Virus record (IMG/VR): IMGVR_UViG_3300017734_000001
Direction: 5' to 3' (one strand)
Length of the DNA: 64,000 nt
Origin: an uncultured virus (IMG/VR IMGVR_UViG_3300017734_000001)
Taxonomy: Duplodnaviria > Heunggongvirae > Uroviricota > Caudoviricetes > Crassvirales
The notes under the pieces were generated by a model that was given only the letters and a program-made list of their open reading frames with translations, did not search any database and was not told where the DNA came from. The translations under genes were made by a program, and so were the position numbers. Shown here piece after piece: positions 37,035 to 46,894 of this stretch (positions are counted from its first letter, which is position 1; each line of letters begins with the position of its first letter).

Positions 37035-39247
37035 TGTACAAACAAAGTTTATATAGAATAATAAATCCTGTTAAGATAAACAAGTTAAAGAGATTTAATA
37101 AATCTAAAAGGTGGGAGTATGGCTACAATAAAGAAGAAGATCTAGTAATTATAAGTAAGACAGGTCAAATAGGAGATGTGTATAGCATACAAAACTTAAA
37201 CATAGCTTTACCACCTATGCCTAAAATAAACAAGCAAGACAACAAGTGGGTTAAAAAAGAATACCCTAAAGAGCTTAGCAGAATAAAAACTATATTTGAT
37301 TGGAAGACTTACCCAGATGATTTTAAACAAAACTGGGAGCCGTATATAGATGAAGAATTTAAAAGACGTGACGAAGGGTATTGGTTCTACAATAAAGATG
37401 AGCCTACTTATGTTACTGGTACTCATTACATGTACTTGCAGTGGACCAAGATTGATGTTGGGGCCCCTGAATTTAGAGAAGCAAATAGATTATTCTTTAT
37501 ATTCTGGGAAGCTTGCAAGGCAGACAGCCGCTGTTATGGAATGTGCTATCTTAAAAACAGACGATCCGGATTTTCTTTTATGGCGTCATCAGAAACAGTT
37601 AACTGGGCAACAATTTCATCTGATTCACGGTTTGGTATATTGTCCAAATCTGGGGCCGATGCTAAGAAAATGTTTACCGATAAAGTTGTACCAATATCAG
37701 TCAACTACCCTTTTTTCTTTAAACCAATACAAGACGGTATGGATCGTCCCAAAACCGAACTTGCATATAGAGTACCCGCATCAAAGCTCACGCGTAAATC
37801 TATACAGTCAGGGCAGACGAGGGAAGAGCTTGAAGGACTTGATACAACAATCGACTGGAAGAACACGGGCGATAACTCCTACGACGGTGAGAAACTTAAA
37901 CTCCTTGTACATGACGAATCGGGTAAATGGGAACGGCCGGACAACATCCTCAACAACTGGCGGGTCACGAAGACAACGTTGAGACTAGGTAGTAGAATTA
38001 TAGGTAAGTGTATGATGGGATCTACGAGCAATGCTCTAGACAAAGGTGGTGATAATTTTAAAAAGCTTTATTATGATTCAGACGTCACTAAAAGAAACCG
38101 CAATGGACAGACTCGCTCAGGACTATATAGTTTGTTTATACCTATGGAATGGAACTACGAAGGATTCATTGATTCTTATGGAGTACCTGTATTCGACACT
38201 CCAAAAAAAGAAGTTAAAGGTCCTTATGGGGAAAGCATAGATATAGGTGTTATAGAGCACTGGGATAATGAAGTAGACGGTTTAAGAGGTGATCAAGACG
38301 CTTTAAACGAATATTACAGACAGTTTCCGCGTACAGAAGAACACGCGTTTAGAGATGAAACTAAAAACAGTATATTTAATTTAACAAAAATATACGAGCA
38401 AATAGATTACAACGAAGCTGTTGCAGATGGATTGATATCAAAAGGTAATTTTCAATGGAAAAACGGTGTTAAAGACACTGAAGTTGTTTTTATGCCAAAT
38501 GATCAAGGTAGATTTTTAATATCGTGGGTACCAGATTTATCTATACAAAACAATGTTATACTTAAAAATGGCATGAAAAAACCTGGTAACGAGCATATTG
38601 GAGCTTTTGGTTGTGATAGTTACGATATATCAGGCACAACCGACGGTAGAGGATCAAAAGGCGCTTTGCACGGACTAACAAGGTTTAGCATGGAAAACGC
38701 ACCTGCTAACTCATTTTTTTTAGAATATATAGCTAGACCTCAAACTTCTGAAATATTTTTTGAAGATGTACTTATGGCTTGTATATTTTACGGCATGCCT
38801 ATACTAGCAGAAAATAACAAACCTAGACTTTTGTATTATTTTAAAAGAAGAGGTTACAGAGGTTTTAGTATGAATAGACCTGATAAAACCTGGAATAAAC
38901 TATCGGTTGCAGAAAAAGAAATTGGTGGTATACCTAACACAAGCGAAGACATCAAACAGTCTCACGCGGCCGCTATAGAAATGTATATAGAGAACCACGT
39001 AGGTCATATTAAAGAAGGTACTTACGGTAATATATATTTCAATAAAACATTAAACGATTGGGCTAGATTTGATATAAATAAAAGAACAAAGTTTGACGCT
39101 GCAATTAGCTCGGGATTAGCTATAATGGCATGTAACAAACATATGTATAGTCCAAAAAGTAGTTATAATAAAGACAAAGTAAATTTAAGTATCGCGAGAT
39201 ACCAGAACAAAGGAACAAGATCAAAACTAATAAATAATTATGGCTGA
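37034..39247 (+). CDS. terL: Terminase large subunit
   Basis: KNRRSGFS Walker A-like, LLVHDESGKW Walker B, GST coupling motif, GCDSYD nuclease aspartates. Confidence 0.88.
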   Translation: MYKQSLYRIINPVKINKLKRFNKSKRWEYGYNKEEDLVIISKTGQIGDVYSIQNLNIALPPMPKINKQDNKWVKKEYPKELSRIKTIFDWKTYPDDFKQNWEPYIDEEFKRRDEGYWFYNKDEPTYVTGTHYMYLQWTKIDVGAPEFREANRLFFIFWEACKADSRCYGMCYLKNRRSGFSFMASSETVNWATISSDSRFGILSKSGADAKKMFTDKVVPISVNYPFFFKPIQDGMDRPKTELAYRVPASKLTRKSIQSGQTREELEGLDTTIDWKNTGDNSYDGEKLKLLVHDESGKWERPDNILNNWRVTKTTLRLGSRIIGKCMMGSTSNALDKGGDNFKKLYYDSDVTKRNRNGQTRSGLYSLFIPMEWNYEGFIDSYGVPVFDTPKKEVKGPYGESIDIGVIEHWDNEVDGLRGDQDALNEYYRQFPRTEEHAFRDETKNSIFNLTKIYEQIDYNEAVADGLISKGNFQWKNGVKDTEVVFMPNDQGRFLISWVPDLSIQNNVILKNGMKKPGNEHIGAFGCDSYDISGTTDGRGSKGALHGLTRFSMENAPANSFFLEYIARPQTSEIFFEDVLMACIFYGMPILAENNKPRLLYYFKRRGYRGFSMNRPDKTWNKLSVAEKEIGGIPNTSEDIKQSHAAAIEMYIENHVGHIKEGTYGNIYFNKTLNDWARFDINKRTKFDAAISSGLAIMACNKHMYSPKSSYNKDKVNLSIARYQNKGTRSKLINNYG

Positions 39248-41666
39248 GTCAGTTGTAAAAAGTTATTTTCCTAGTCAAATAGCTAGCGATTTAGAAAAAG
39301 TAACCGAAGAATACGGTTTAAAAGTTGCTAAAGCTATAGAACATGAGTGGTTTAAAAGAGACTCCGGTACTAATAGGTTTTATAACAATCAAAATACATT
39401 TCACAGAAGAAGATTGTACGCGCGAGGCGAACAGTCTATACAAAAATATAAAGATGAGTTATCTATAAACGGTGACTTATCTTATCTAAATCTAGACTGG
39501 AAACCAGTTCCAATTATATCGAAGTTTGTAGATATAGTTGTTAATGGTATTTCAGAAAGAACTTTTGACATAAAAGCTTTCTCACAAGATCCTTACGGTG
39601 TTCAAAAAAGAACAGACTACATGGAATCTTTAATTAGAGACATGCAAACAAAAGAATTAAATAGCTTCGCTCAAGAAGCTTTTGGTATAAGTTTGTTTGA
39701 AACAGATCAAAACAGTTTACCAGAAAACAAAGAAGAGTTAGAGCTTCACATGCAGTTAGACTATAAAGAAGCTATAGAGATAGCTCAGGAGCAAGCTATA
39801 AATACAATACTAGAAGGAAACAGATATGAGTTGCTTAGAAAAAGACTAAATTACGACTTAACTGTTTTAGGTATTGGTTGTGCTAAAACATCATTTAATA
39901 AATCAGAAGGTATAAAAGTAGAGTATGTAGATCCTGCTGATATTATATTTTCTTATACAGAGTCACCTTACTTTGAAGATATATATTATGTGGGTGAAAT
40001 AAAGACTGTACCTATTAATGAACTTAAGAAACAGTTTCCAGAATTAACAAACGAAGATTTAGAAGAAATAACTAAGCAAGGCGTACAAAATACAGACTTC
40101 TATCACAGAACTATAAACGAAACAAACAACATAGATAAAAACTCTGTGCAGTTATTGTATTTTAATTATAAAACCTACGCTAACGAAGTTTACAAAGTAA
40201 AACAGACAGCAACAGGTGCTTCTAAAATATTAATAAAAGATGATACTTTTAATCCACCTGCAGAAGTTTTAGATCGTAACTTTGAAAAAATATCAAGATC
40301 TATAGAAGTTCTTTATGAAGGTGTTTTAGTTTTAGGTACAAATAAAATGCTAAAATGGGAGTTAGCTAAGAATATGATGAGAACTAAAAGCGACCACACT
40401 AAAGTCAAAATGAACTACAGTATAGTTGCTCCTAGAATGTACAAAGGTCGTATAGAGAGTTTAGTTAGTAGAATTATAGGTTTTGCTGACATGATTCAAA
40501 TAACTCATTTAAAACTACAGCAAGTTTTATCTCGCATGGTGCCTGATGGTATATATTTAGATGCTGATGGTTTAGCTGAAATAGACTTAGGTAATGGAAC
40601 TAACTACAACCCACAAGAGGCGTTAAATATGTTCTTTCAAACTGGTTCTGTTATAGGTAGATCATTTACGTCTGAAGGTGATATGAATCCAGGTAAAATA
40701 CCTGTTCAAGAAATACAATCAGGTTCTGGTAACAATAAAATATCATCTTTAATAACAACGTATAACTATTACATGCAGATGATACGTGATGTGACGGGAT
40801 TAAATGAAGCTAGAGATGGTAGTATGCCTGACAAAAATGCTTTAGTTGGCGTACAAAAACTAGCAGCCGCTAATAGTAATACGGCTACAAGGCATATACT
40901 GCAAAGTGGTTTATTTTTAACAGCTGAAATAGCAGAAGCTTTGTCACTAAGAATATCTGACGTTTTAGAGTATAGTCCAACAAGAGAAGCTTTTATACAA
41001 GCTATAGGAGTTCACAACGTGGCTACGTTAGATGATATATCTGACATGCACTTACATGACTTTGGTATATTTATAGATTTAGCTCCAGATGATGAGCAGC
41101 AAGCTATATTAGAAAATAATATTTAAATGGCACTTAGCCAAGGTACTATAGATTTAGAAGATGCTATTGACGTTAGAGAAATTAAAAACGTTAAGCTTGC
41201 TAATCAATTGCTTAAAATAAAAAGAAAAAAGAAGCAAGAAAAAGATATGCAGATACAGCAAGCTAATATGCAAGCTCAAGCTGATGCAAACGTGCAAGCT
41301 CAACAAGCTGCTGCTCAACTAGAAGTTCAAAAACAACAAGCTTTAGTTGGCGCGCAGGTTCAACTAGAACAAGCTAAATCAAATTTTGAATCACAAAGGC
41401 TTTCTGAAGAAGCTAAATTAAAGAAAGATTTGATGGCTTATGAATTTCAAATTAATATGGCTTTGAAAAGCAAAGAAGCTGAAGTTCATAAAACAAAAGA
41501 GTCTTATAAAGAAAACAGAAAAGACGATAGAACTAAAATACAAGCTTCACAACAAAGCCAACTTATAGAGCAAAGACAAAGAAACACCGGGCCAAAAAAC
41601 TTTGAATCATCTGGCAACGATATACTAAGTGGTGATTTTGATTTAGGTTCGTTTGAACCCAGGTGA
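39240..41666 (+). CDS. Portal protein, interrupted by one in-frame TAA at 41124-41126
   Basis: Follows terL. ORFs 39240-41126 and 41127-41666 are in the same frame (LENNI*MALSQ); Gln-rich coiled-coil C-terminus. Confidence 0.8.
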
Positions 41667-41670
41667 TAAT
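41642..41670 (+). promoter_or_regulatory. Class II promoter-like motif upstream of scaffold/capsid
   Basis: TTTA-N17-GTGATAAT. Confidence 0.6.
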
Positions 41671-41700
41671 AGTAAATGTATAATTATATAATATTTTATC

Positions 41701-42888
41701 ATGGAAAACCAAGAAAATGAGTCTGTAATTGAAGAGGTTGTAGACAAAACTACTGAGCAGACTTTAGAAAACGAAGTAGAAAAACCTCAAGAAGAAGTTG
41801 AAACTAAAGATCAAGAAAGTGTATCTAGCGTAGACGAAGATGGTACTATTAAAATTGATCTAAGAAAATTAAACCAAGATCAACCTGAAAAAGCAGAAGT
41901 TGAAAGTGAACAAACTGAACCAGAGAAGGTTGAAGCTGAGCAAGCTGATACAGCTGAAGATCAGGTTTTAGAAGAAGTCACTGAAGAAGAAGTTCAAGAA
42001 CAAGTTGAAGAGCTTCAAGAAGAGGTAGAAGAGGTTATAGCCGAAGCACAAGAAACAGGTGAACCTCTACCTGAAAATATACAAAAAGTAGTTGATTTCA
42101 TGAATGAAACAGGTGGTAGCTTAGAAGATTATGTAAAGCTAAACACTGATTATTCTAGTCTAAATGACAAACAATTACTTAGAGAGTATTATGAAAATAC
42201 TAAACCACACTTAGATAAAGAAGATATAGATATATTAATGGAAGACTTTTCTTACGATGAAGAGTTAGATGACGAAAAATCTGTAAGAAAATCTAAAATA
42301 GCTTTTAAAGAAGAAGTAGCTAAAGCTAAAAATCATCTAGAATCTTTAAAGTCTGAGTATTACGAAGAAATTAAAGCTGGATCAAAATTGACACCTGATC
42401 AGCAAAAAGCAGTTGATTTTTTCAACCGCTATAATAAAGAATCTGAAGAAGAGAATAAAGTTGCTAAAAATAAATCAAATGTTTTTTTACAAAAAACTAA
42501 TAAAGTTTTTTCTGACAATTTCAAAGGTTTTGAATATTCTGTTGGCGATAAAAAATATAGATTTAATGTTAAAAATGCTAGTGAAGTTAAGCAAACACAA
42601 AGTGATATAAACAATTTTGTTAAAAAGTTTTTAGCGGAAGACAGCACGATGGGTGATGCAAAAGGTTATCACAAGGCACTTTTTACAGCAATGAACGCGG
42701 ATTCAATAGCTAATCATTTCTACGAGCAAGGCAAAGCTGATGCTATTAAAAATAGTGTAGCTAAGTCTAAAAACGTCGACATGGACCCTAGAGGTGTTCA
42801 TGAACCTGTTACGGAAGCTGGTGGACTTAGAGTTAGAGCAATAAGCGGTGACGATTCTTCACGATTAAAAGTCAAAATAACAAAATAG
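41701..42888 (+). CDS. Putative capsid scaffolding protein
   Basis: Very acidic N-terminus, helical; lies between portal and capsid. Confidence 0.65.
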   Translation: MENQENESVIEEVVDKTTEQTLENEVEKPQEEVETKDQESVSSVDEDGTIKIDLRKLNQDQPEKAEVESEQTEPEKVEAEQADTAEDQVLEEVTEEEVQEQVEELQEEVEEVIAEAQETGEPLPENIQKVVDFMNETGGSLEDYVKLNTDYSSLNDKQLLREYYENTKPHLDKEDIDILMEDFSYDEELDDEKSVRKSKIAFKEEVAKAKNHLESLKSEYYEEIKAGSKLTPDQQKAVDFFNRYNKESEEENKVAKNKSNVFLQKTNKVFSDNFKGFEYSVGDKKYRFNVKNASEVKQTQSDINNFVKKFLAEDSTMGDAKGYHKALFTAMNADSIANHFYEQGKADAIKNSVAKSKNVDMDPRGVHEPVTEAGGLRVRAISGDDSSRLKVKITK

Positions 42889-42911
42889 AATAACTTTAAA
42901 AAACTAAAAAT

Positions 42912-44357
42912 ATGAGTTTTGCAACTGGCGGCGCGTTTCCAGCTGGATTAACGCCCGCACCATCAAAAACTGTCTTCGATAAAAACTACCTAGCAATCGG
43001 TACTTCCGGAGACTTTGATTTTACAAAACAGTTCTTACCAGAAGTATATGAAAAAGAAGTTGAAAGATATGGAAACAGATCTATCTCTTCATTTCTACGT
43101 ATGGTAGGTGCTGAAATGCCAATGGCTTCTGACGAAGTCGTATGGTCTGAACAAGGTAGACTACACGTCGCTTATGATTCAGTAAAAGTTAAAACAAATA
43201 ACGACGCTACAGATCACACTTTAGTTGTGCTTGACAGTGGAGGATCTGCTCAAGGTCACGCTATCAGAGCTAACCAAACTATCATCGTATCTAAAGGTTT
43301 TGTAACTGTAAAAGCTTTCGTTACTTCTGTTGACGCTGCAACTGGAGAGCTAGAGGCATACCCTCTAACTCAAGCTGACTGGCCTGCTTCATTCGTAGCT
43401 GGTACTAACCCAACCGACCTTAAAGTATTTGTTTATGGTTCTGAGTTTGGTAAAGGTGCTGCAGGAATGCAAAAGTCTATCGACGCTGGATTCCAAAAGT
43501 TTACTAACAGCCCAATTATCATTAAAGATAAATACTCAATCAATGGTTCTGACACTGCTCAGATCGGTTGGATCGAAGTAACTACTGAGCTTGGAACTTC
43601 TGGATATCTATGGTATCTAAAGTCAGAGCATGAAACTAGATTAAGATTTGAAGATTACCTAGAGATGTCTATGGTTGAAGCTGAGAAAGCAACTGAAACA
43701 ATCACAGACGCTAACTCTCAAACTGTAAAAGGTACTGAAGGTCTTTTTGCTGCCATCGAAAGCAGAGGTCTTGTTTTCAATGATCATGACTTTAACAACG
43801 GTACTGGTTTAACTGGTCTTGGTGAGTTTGATTCAATCTTACAAGAGCTTGATAAGCAGGGTGCTATTGAAGAAAACATGCTTTTCTTAGATAGAGGTAC
43901 ATCTTTAGCTATCGACAACATGCTAGCAAGAGCTAATTCTTACGGAACTGGCGGTACATCTTATGGTGTATTTGACAACTCTGAGGATATGGCACTTAAT
44001 CTAGGATTTAGCGGTTTCCGCAGAGGTTCTTATGACTTCTACAAAACTGACTGGAAATATTTGAATGATGCTGCTACTCGTGGTTTAACTGATGATATCG
44101 ACGGTGTACTTGTGCCTGCTGGTGTTTCTACAGTTTACGACCAAACGCTTGGCAAAAACATTCAAAGACCATTCTTGCACGTACGCTACAGAGCTTCTGA
44201 AGCTGACGATAGAAGAATGAAGTCTTGGATCACTGGTTCTGTTGGTGGTAACTACACTTCTGACATTGATGAGATGAACGTACACTTCTTGTCTGAAAGA
44301 TGTCTATGTGTTCAAGGTGCTAACAACTTTGTATTGTTGAAAGACACTGCAAGCTAA
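42912..44357 (+). CDS. Major capsid protein
   Basis: Position, size, codon choice typical of high expression, GTEGLFAAI segment, strong hairpin downstream. Confidence 0.8.
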   Translation: MSFATGGAFPAGLTPAPSKTVFDKNYLAIGTSGDFDFTKQFLPEVYEKEVERYGNRSISSFLRMVGAEMPMASDEVVWSEQGRLHVAYDSVKVKTNNDATDHTLVVLDSGGSAQGHAIRANQTIIVSKGFVTVKAFVTSVDAATGELEAYPLTQADWPASFVAGTNPTDLKVFVYGSEFGKGAAGMQKSIDAGFQKFTNSPIIIKDKYSINGSDTAQIGWIEVTTELGTSGYLWYLKSEHETRLRFEDYLEMSMVEAEKATETITDANSQTVKGTEGLFAAIESRGLVFNDHDFNNGTGLTGLGEFDSILQELDKQGAIEENMLFLDRGTSLAIDNMLARANSYGTGGTSYGVFDNSEDMALNLGFSGFRRGSYDFYKTDWKYLNDAATRGLTDDIDGVLVPAGVSTVYDQTLGKNIQRPFLHVRYRASEADDRRMKSWITGSVGGNYTSDIDEMNVHFLSERCLCVQGANNFVLLKDTAS

Positions 44358-44370
44358 AAAGCAGAATAAA

Positions 44371-44416
44371 GTAAGATTACCCTCGATATAATTCGGGGGT
44401 AAATCTTACATTTTTA
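44371..44416 (+). terminator. Hairpin terminator after the capsid gene
   Basis: GTAAGATTACCCTCG...CGGGGGTAAATCTTAC followed by a T run. Confidence 0.65.
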
Positions 44417-44437
44417 ATAATTTTATTATATCATATC

Positions 44438-45202
44438 ATGGCAAAAAAAGAAAAAACCGCACCTGCGGTATGGGAACAAAAAGACAGAGTATACGAACTA
44501 GTTGGTAATAAAAAACCCATCATAACTACAATACCAGCAAAACACTCTGTTAAAAGATCTTTATTATGGTTTGATCCAGAAAAAGGTTATCAAAGAGAAT
44601 TAAGATACGCTACAAACCAAAGCTCACCATTTGTTGATGAGCAAAAAGGTGAAGTTACATTACAACAAATTGTTTTTAGAGATGGAACTTTATTCGTGCC
44701 AAAGGCAAATGTATCACTACAAAAACTATTATCGCTTTATCACCCATTAAATGGTGGTATATATTACGAAGTAGATAATGTTAAACAAGCGAATGATGAT
44801 TTAGCATATCTTGAAGCTGAAATTGAAGCTTTAAACTCTGCTAAAAACTTAGATATTGATCATTTAGAAGCTATATTAAGAGTAGAGGTTGGTAGTAAGG
44901 TTAATTCTATGACTTCTAAGGAGATTAAAAGAGACGTGCTGTTGTTTGCGCGTAGAAATCCTATTTTATTCTTAGAACTAGCGTCTGATGACAACGTACA
45001 ATTAAGAAATTTTGGTATAAAAGCCGTAGAAGACGGTATTATTGACTTAAGTCAAGACCAAAGAAACTTTACTTGGGCATCAACAGGTAGAAAACTGTTA
45101 TCTGTACCTTTTGAAGAAAACCCTTATTCAGCACTAGCTGCTTGGTTTAAAACAGATGAAGGAGTAGAGATTTACTCAAGTATTGAAAAAAGATTAAAAT
45201 AA
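44438..45202 (+). CDS. Conserved hypothetical morphogenesis protein
   Basis: ORF track; position after the capsid gene. Confidence 0.55.
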   Translation: MAKKEKTAPAVWEQKDRVYELVGNKKPIITTIPAKHSVKRSLLWFDPEKGYQRELRYATNQSSPFVDEQKGEVTLQQIVFRDGTLFVPKANVSLQKLLSLYHPLNGGIYYEVDNVKQANDDLAYLEAEIEALNSAKNLDIDHLEAILRVEVGSKVNSMTSKEIKRDVLLFARRNPILFLELASDDNVQLRNFGIKAVEDGIIDLSQDQRNFTWASTGRKLLSVPFEENPYSALAAWFKTDEGVEIYSSIEKRLK

Positions 45203-45208
45203 AGTCAC

Positions 45209-45248
45209 TTATAGCGGTTAGGCCGCTTAACGTGGCCTAACTACTATA
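45209..45248. terminator. Intergenic hairpin
   Basis: TTATAG.GGTTAGGCC...GGCCTAACT.CTATAA. Confidence 0.55.
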
Positions 45249-45259
45249 AAAAATATAAA

Positions 45260-45976
45260 ATGGCAGTAAGTGTAGATACCGTATATCAAAGAGTGCTCGC
45301 TGTGTTAAATAAAGAGCAAAGAGGTTATTTAACACCTGAAGAATTTAATTTGTTTGCCAATCAAGTTCAAATGGATATATTTGAGCAGTATTTTTACGAT
45401 ATAAATCAATTTAGCAGATTGCATGGTAATGATACAGAGTATTCAGACGTGTTAAACATATTGAACGAAAAAATAAATATATTTGAAAAGCAAGCATCAC
45501 TTGATTATGATGAAAACGCTACACCTCCACACTACGATCTACCTACAGATATATATAGGTTAGGCACAGTTATATATAAAAGCTCTGAAGTTGAAAAAGT
45601 CAACAGAAACGAGTATTTATATATAAACTCTTCAGCCATAACCAAACCAACAGATGATTTTCCTATTTATACTAGAGATGAAAACGGTATAAGAGTTTAT
45701 GGTACATCAGAAATAACTTCTGATTCAACTGTAACGAATCCAGTAACTATAAACTACGTGAAAAGACCTGATAGAGTTATTTGGAACTATAACACTGTTT
45801 TAGGTAACGCTCAATATCAAGCTACAGGTAGTAATGATTTTGATCTTCATGATTCAGAGGAAGTAGAAATTGTAACAAAAATATTAGCTTTAGCTGGTGT
45901 TTTAGTTAGAGATTTATCAGTATATCAATTAGCGATGCAAGAAGATATGCTTGCAGCACAACAAGAAAAACAATAA
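45260..45976 (+). CDS. Putative head-tail adaptor/ring protein
   Basis: NKEQRGYLTPEEFNLFA..INYVKRP; position. Confidence 0.55.
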   Translation: MAVSVDTVYQRVLAVLNKEQRGYLTPEEFNLFANQVQMDIFEQYFYDINQFSRLHGNDTEYSDVLNILNEKINIFEKQASLDYDENATPPHYDLPTDIYRLGTVIYKSSEVEKVNRNEYLYINSSAITKPTDDFPIYTRDENGIRVYGTSEITSDSTVTNPVTINYVKRPDRVIWNYNTVLGNAQYQATGSNDFDLHDSEEVEIVTKILALAGVLVRDLSVYQLAMQEDMLAAQQEKQ

Positions 45977-45979
45977 TAA

Positions 45980-46891
45980 ATGGCTTTATTTGAAGGAACA
46001 CAGTATCAATACTATTACGGCCCTGATAATTTATGGGGTACTAACGATGAGGTTTATGGAAACTACCAGTTTATAAAGCTAAAAGAGCTAGTTAATAATT
46101 TTATTATAGCTTATGTAGGTGAAGATAAAATTATATCTAAAATAAAAAGAACAGATGTAGCTTTTCATGTAAAAAGAGCTATGCAAGAGTTTAGCTATGA
46201 TATATTTAAAAGTGAAAAGTCTCAAGAAATAGAAATACCACCAAGCTTACAAATGCCACTACCACATGACTATGTTAATTATGTGAAAATTAGTTGGCTA
46301 GATCAAAGTGGTGTTGAAAGGCTTTTATATCCTGCTAGAAAAACTAGTAATCCACTACCTATACTTCAAGATGACAAATATGAATATTTGTTTGACTATC
46401 AAAGTGGTGAGATACTAACAGCCAACGAATCTGAAACTTGGAAGAAATTTAAATCAGACACTAGTAATGCATCAACTGACAACTTAGATGATTTAGAAAA
46501 CGATCCTGGGTTGTTACAATTATTTGGCAGAAGATATGGCATGGAGCCAGAAAATTCACAAACAAACGGTGTTTACTTTATAGATCCACTTAAAAGTAAA
46601 ATATTCTTTGATTCGTCAATGACTGGCAAAGTTATTACTTTAAAATACATAAGCGACGGTTTAGCTGTAGACGCGGATATGATAGTTCACAAGTTTGCTG
46701 AAGAAGCCGTGTATCAGCACGTTGCTCACGCTATACTGTCAACAAGAGCTAATGTTCCAGAATATATAATTCAAAGATTTCAAAAAGGTAAATTTGCAAA
46801 AGCTAGACAAGCTAAGTTAAGACTATCTAATTTAAAAATAGAGGAGCTTACTCAAGTAATGAGAGGTAAGTCTAAAGTTATAAAACACTAA
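45980..46891 (+). CDS. Putative tail ring/tube protein
   Basis: LPHDYVNYVKISW, ITLKYISDG; position. Confidence 0.55.
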   Translation: MALFEGTQYQYYYGPDNLWGTNDEVYGNYQFIKLKELVNNFIIAYVGEDKIISKIKRTDVAFHVKRAMQEFSYDIFKSEKSQEIEIPPSLQMPLPHDYVNYVKISWLDQSGVERLLYPARKTSNPLPILQDDKYEYLFDYQSGEILTANESETWKKFKSDTSNASTDNLDDLENDPGLLQLFGRRYGMEPENSQTNGVYFIDPLKSKIFFDSSMTGKVITLKYISDGLAVDADMIVHKFAEEAVYQHVAHAILSTRANVPEYIIQRFQKGKFAKARQAKLRLSNLKIEELTQVMRGKSKVIKH

Positions 46892-46894
46892 TAT

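Noticed and set aside
41124..41126. Genome-wide stop-codon reassignment
   Set aside because: Other genes are intact under the standard code, most end in TAA, and there is no suppressor tRNA.
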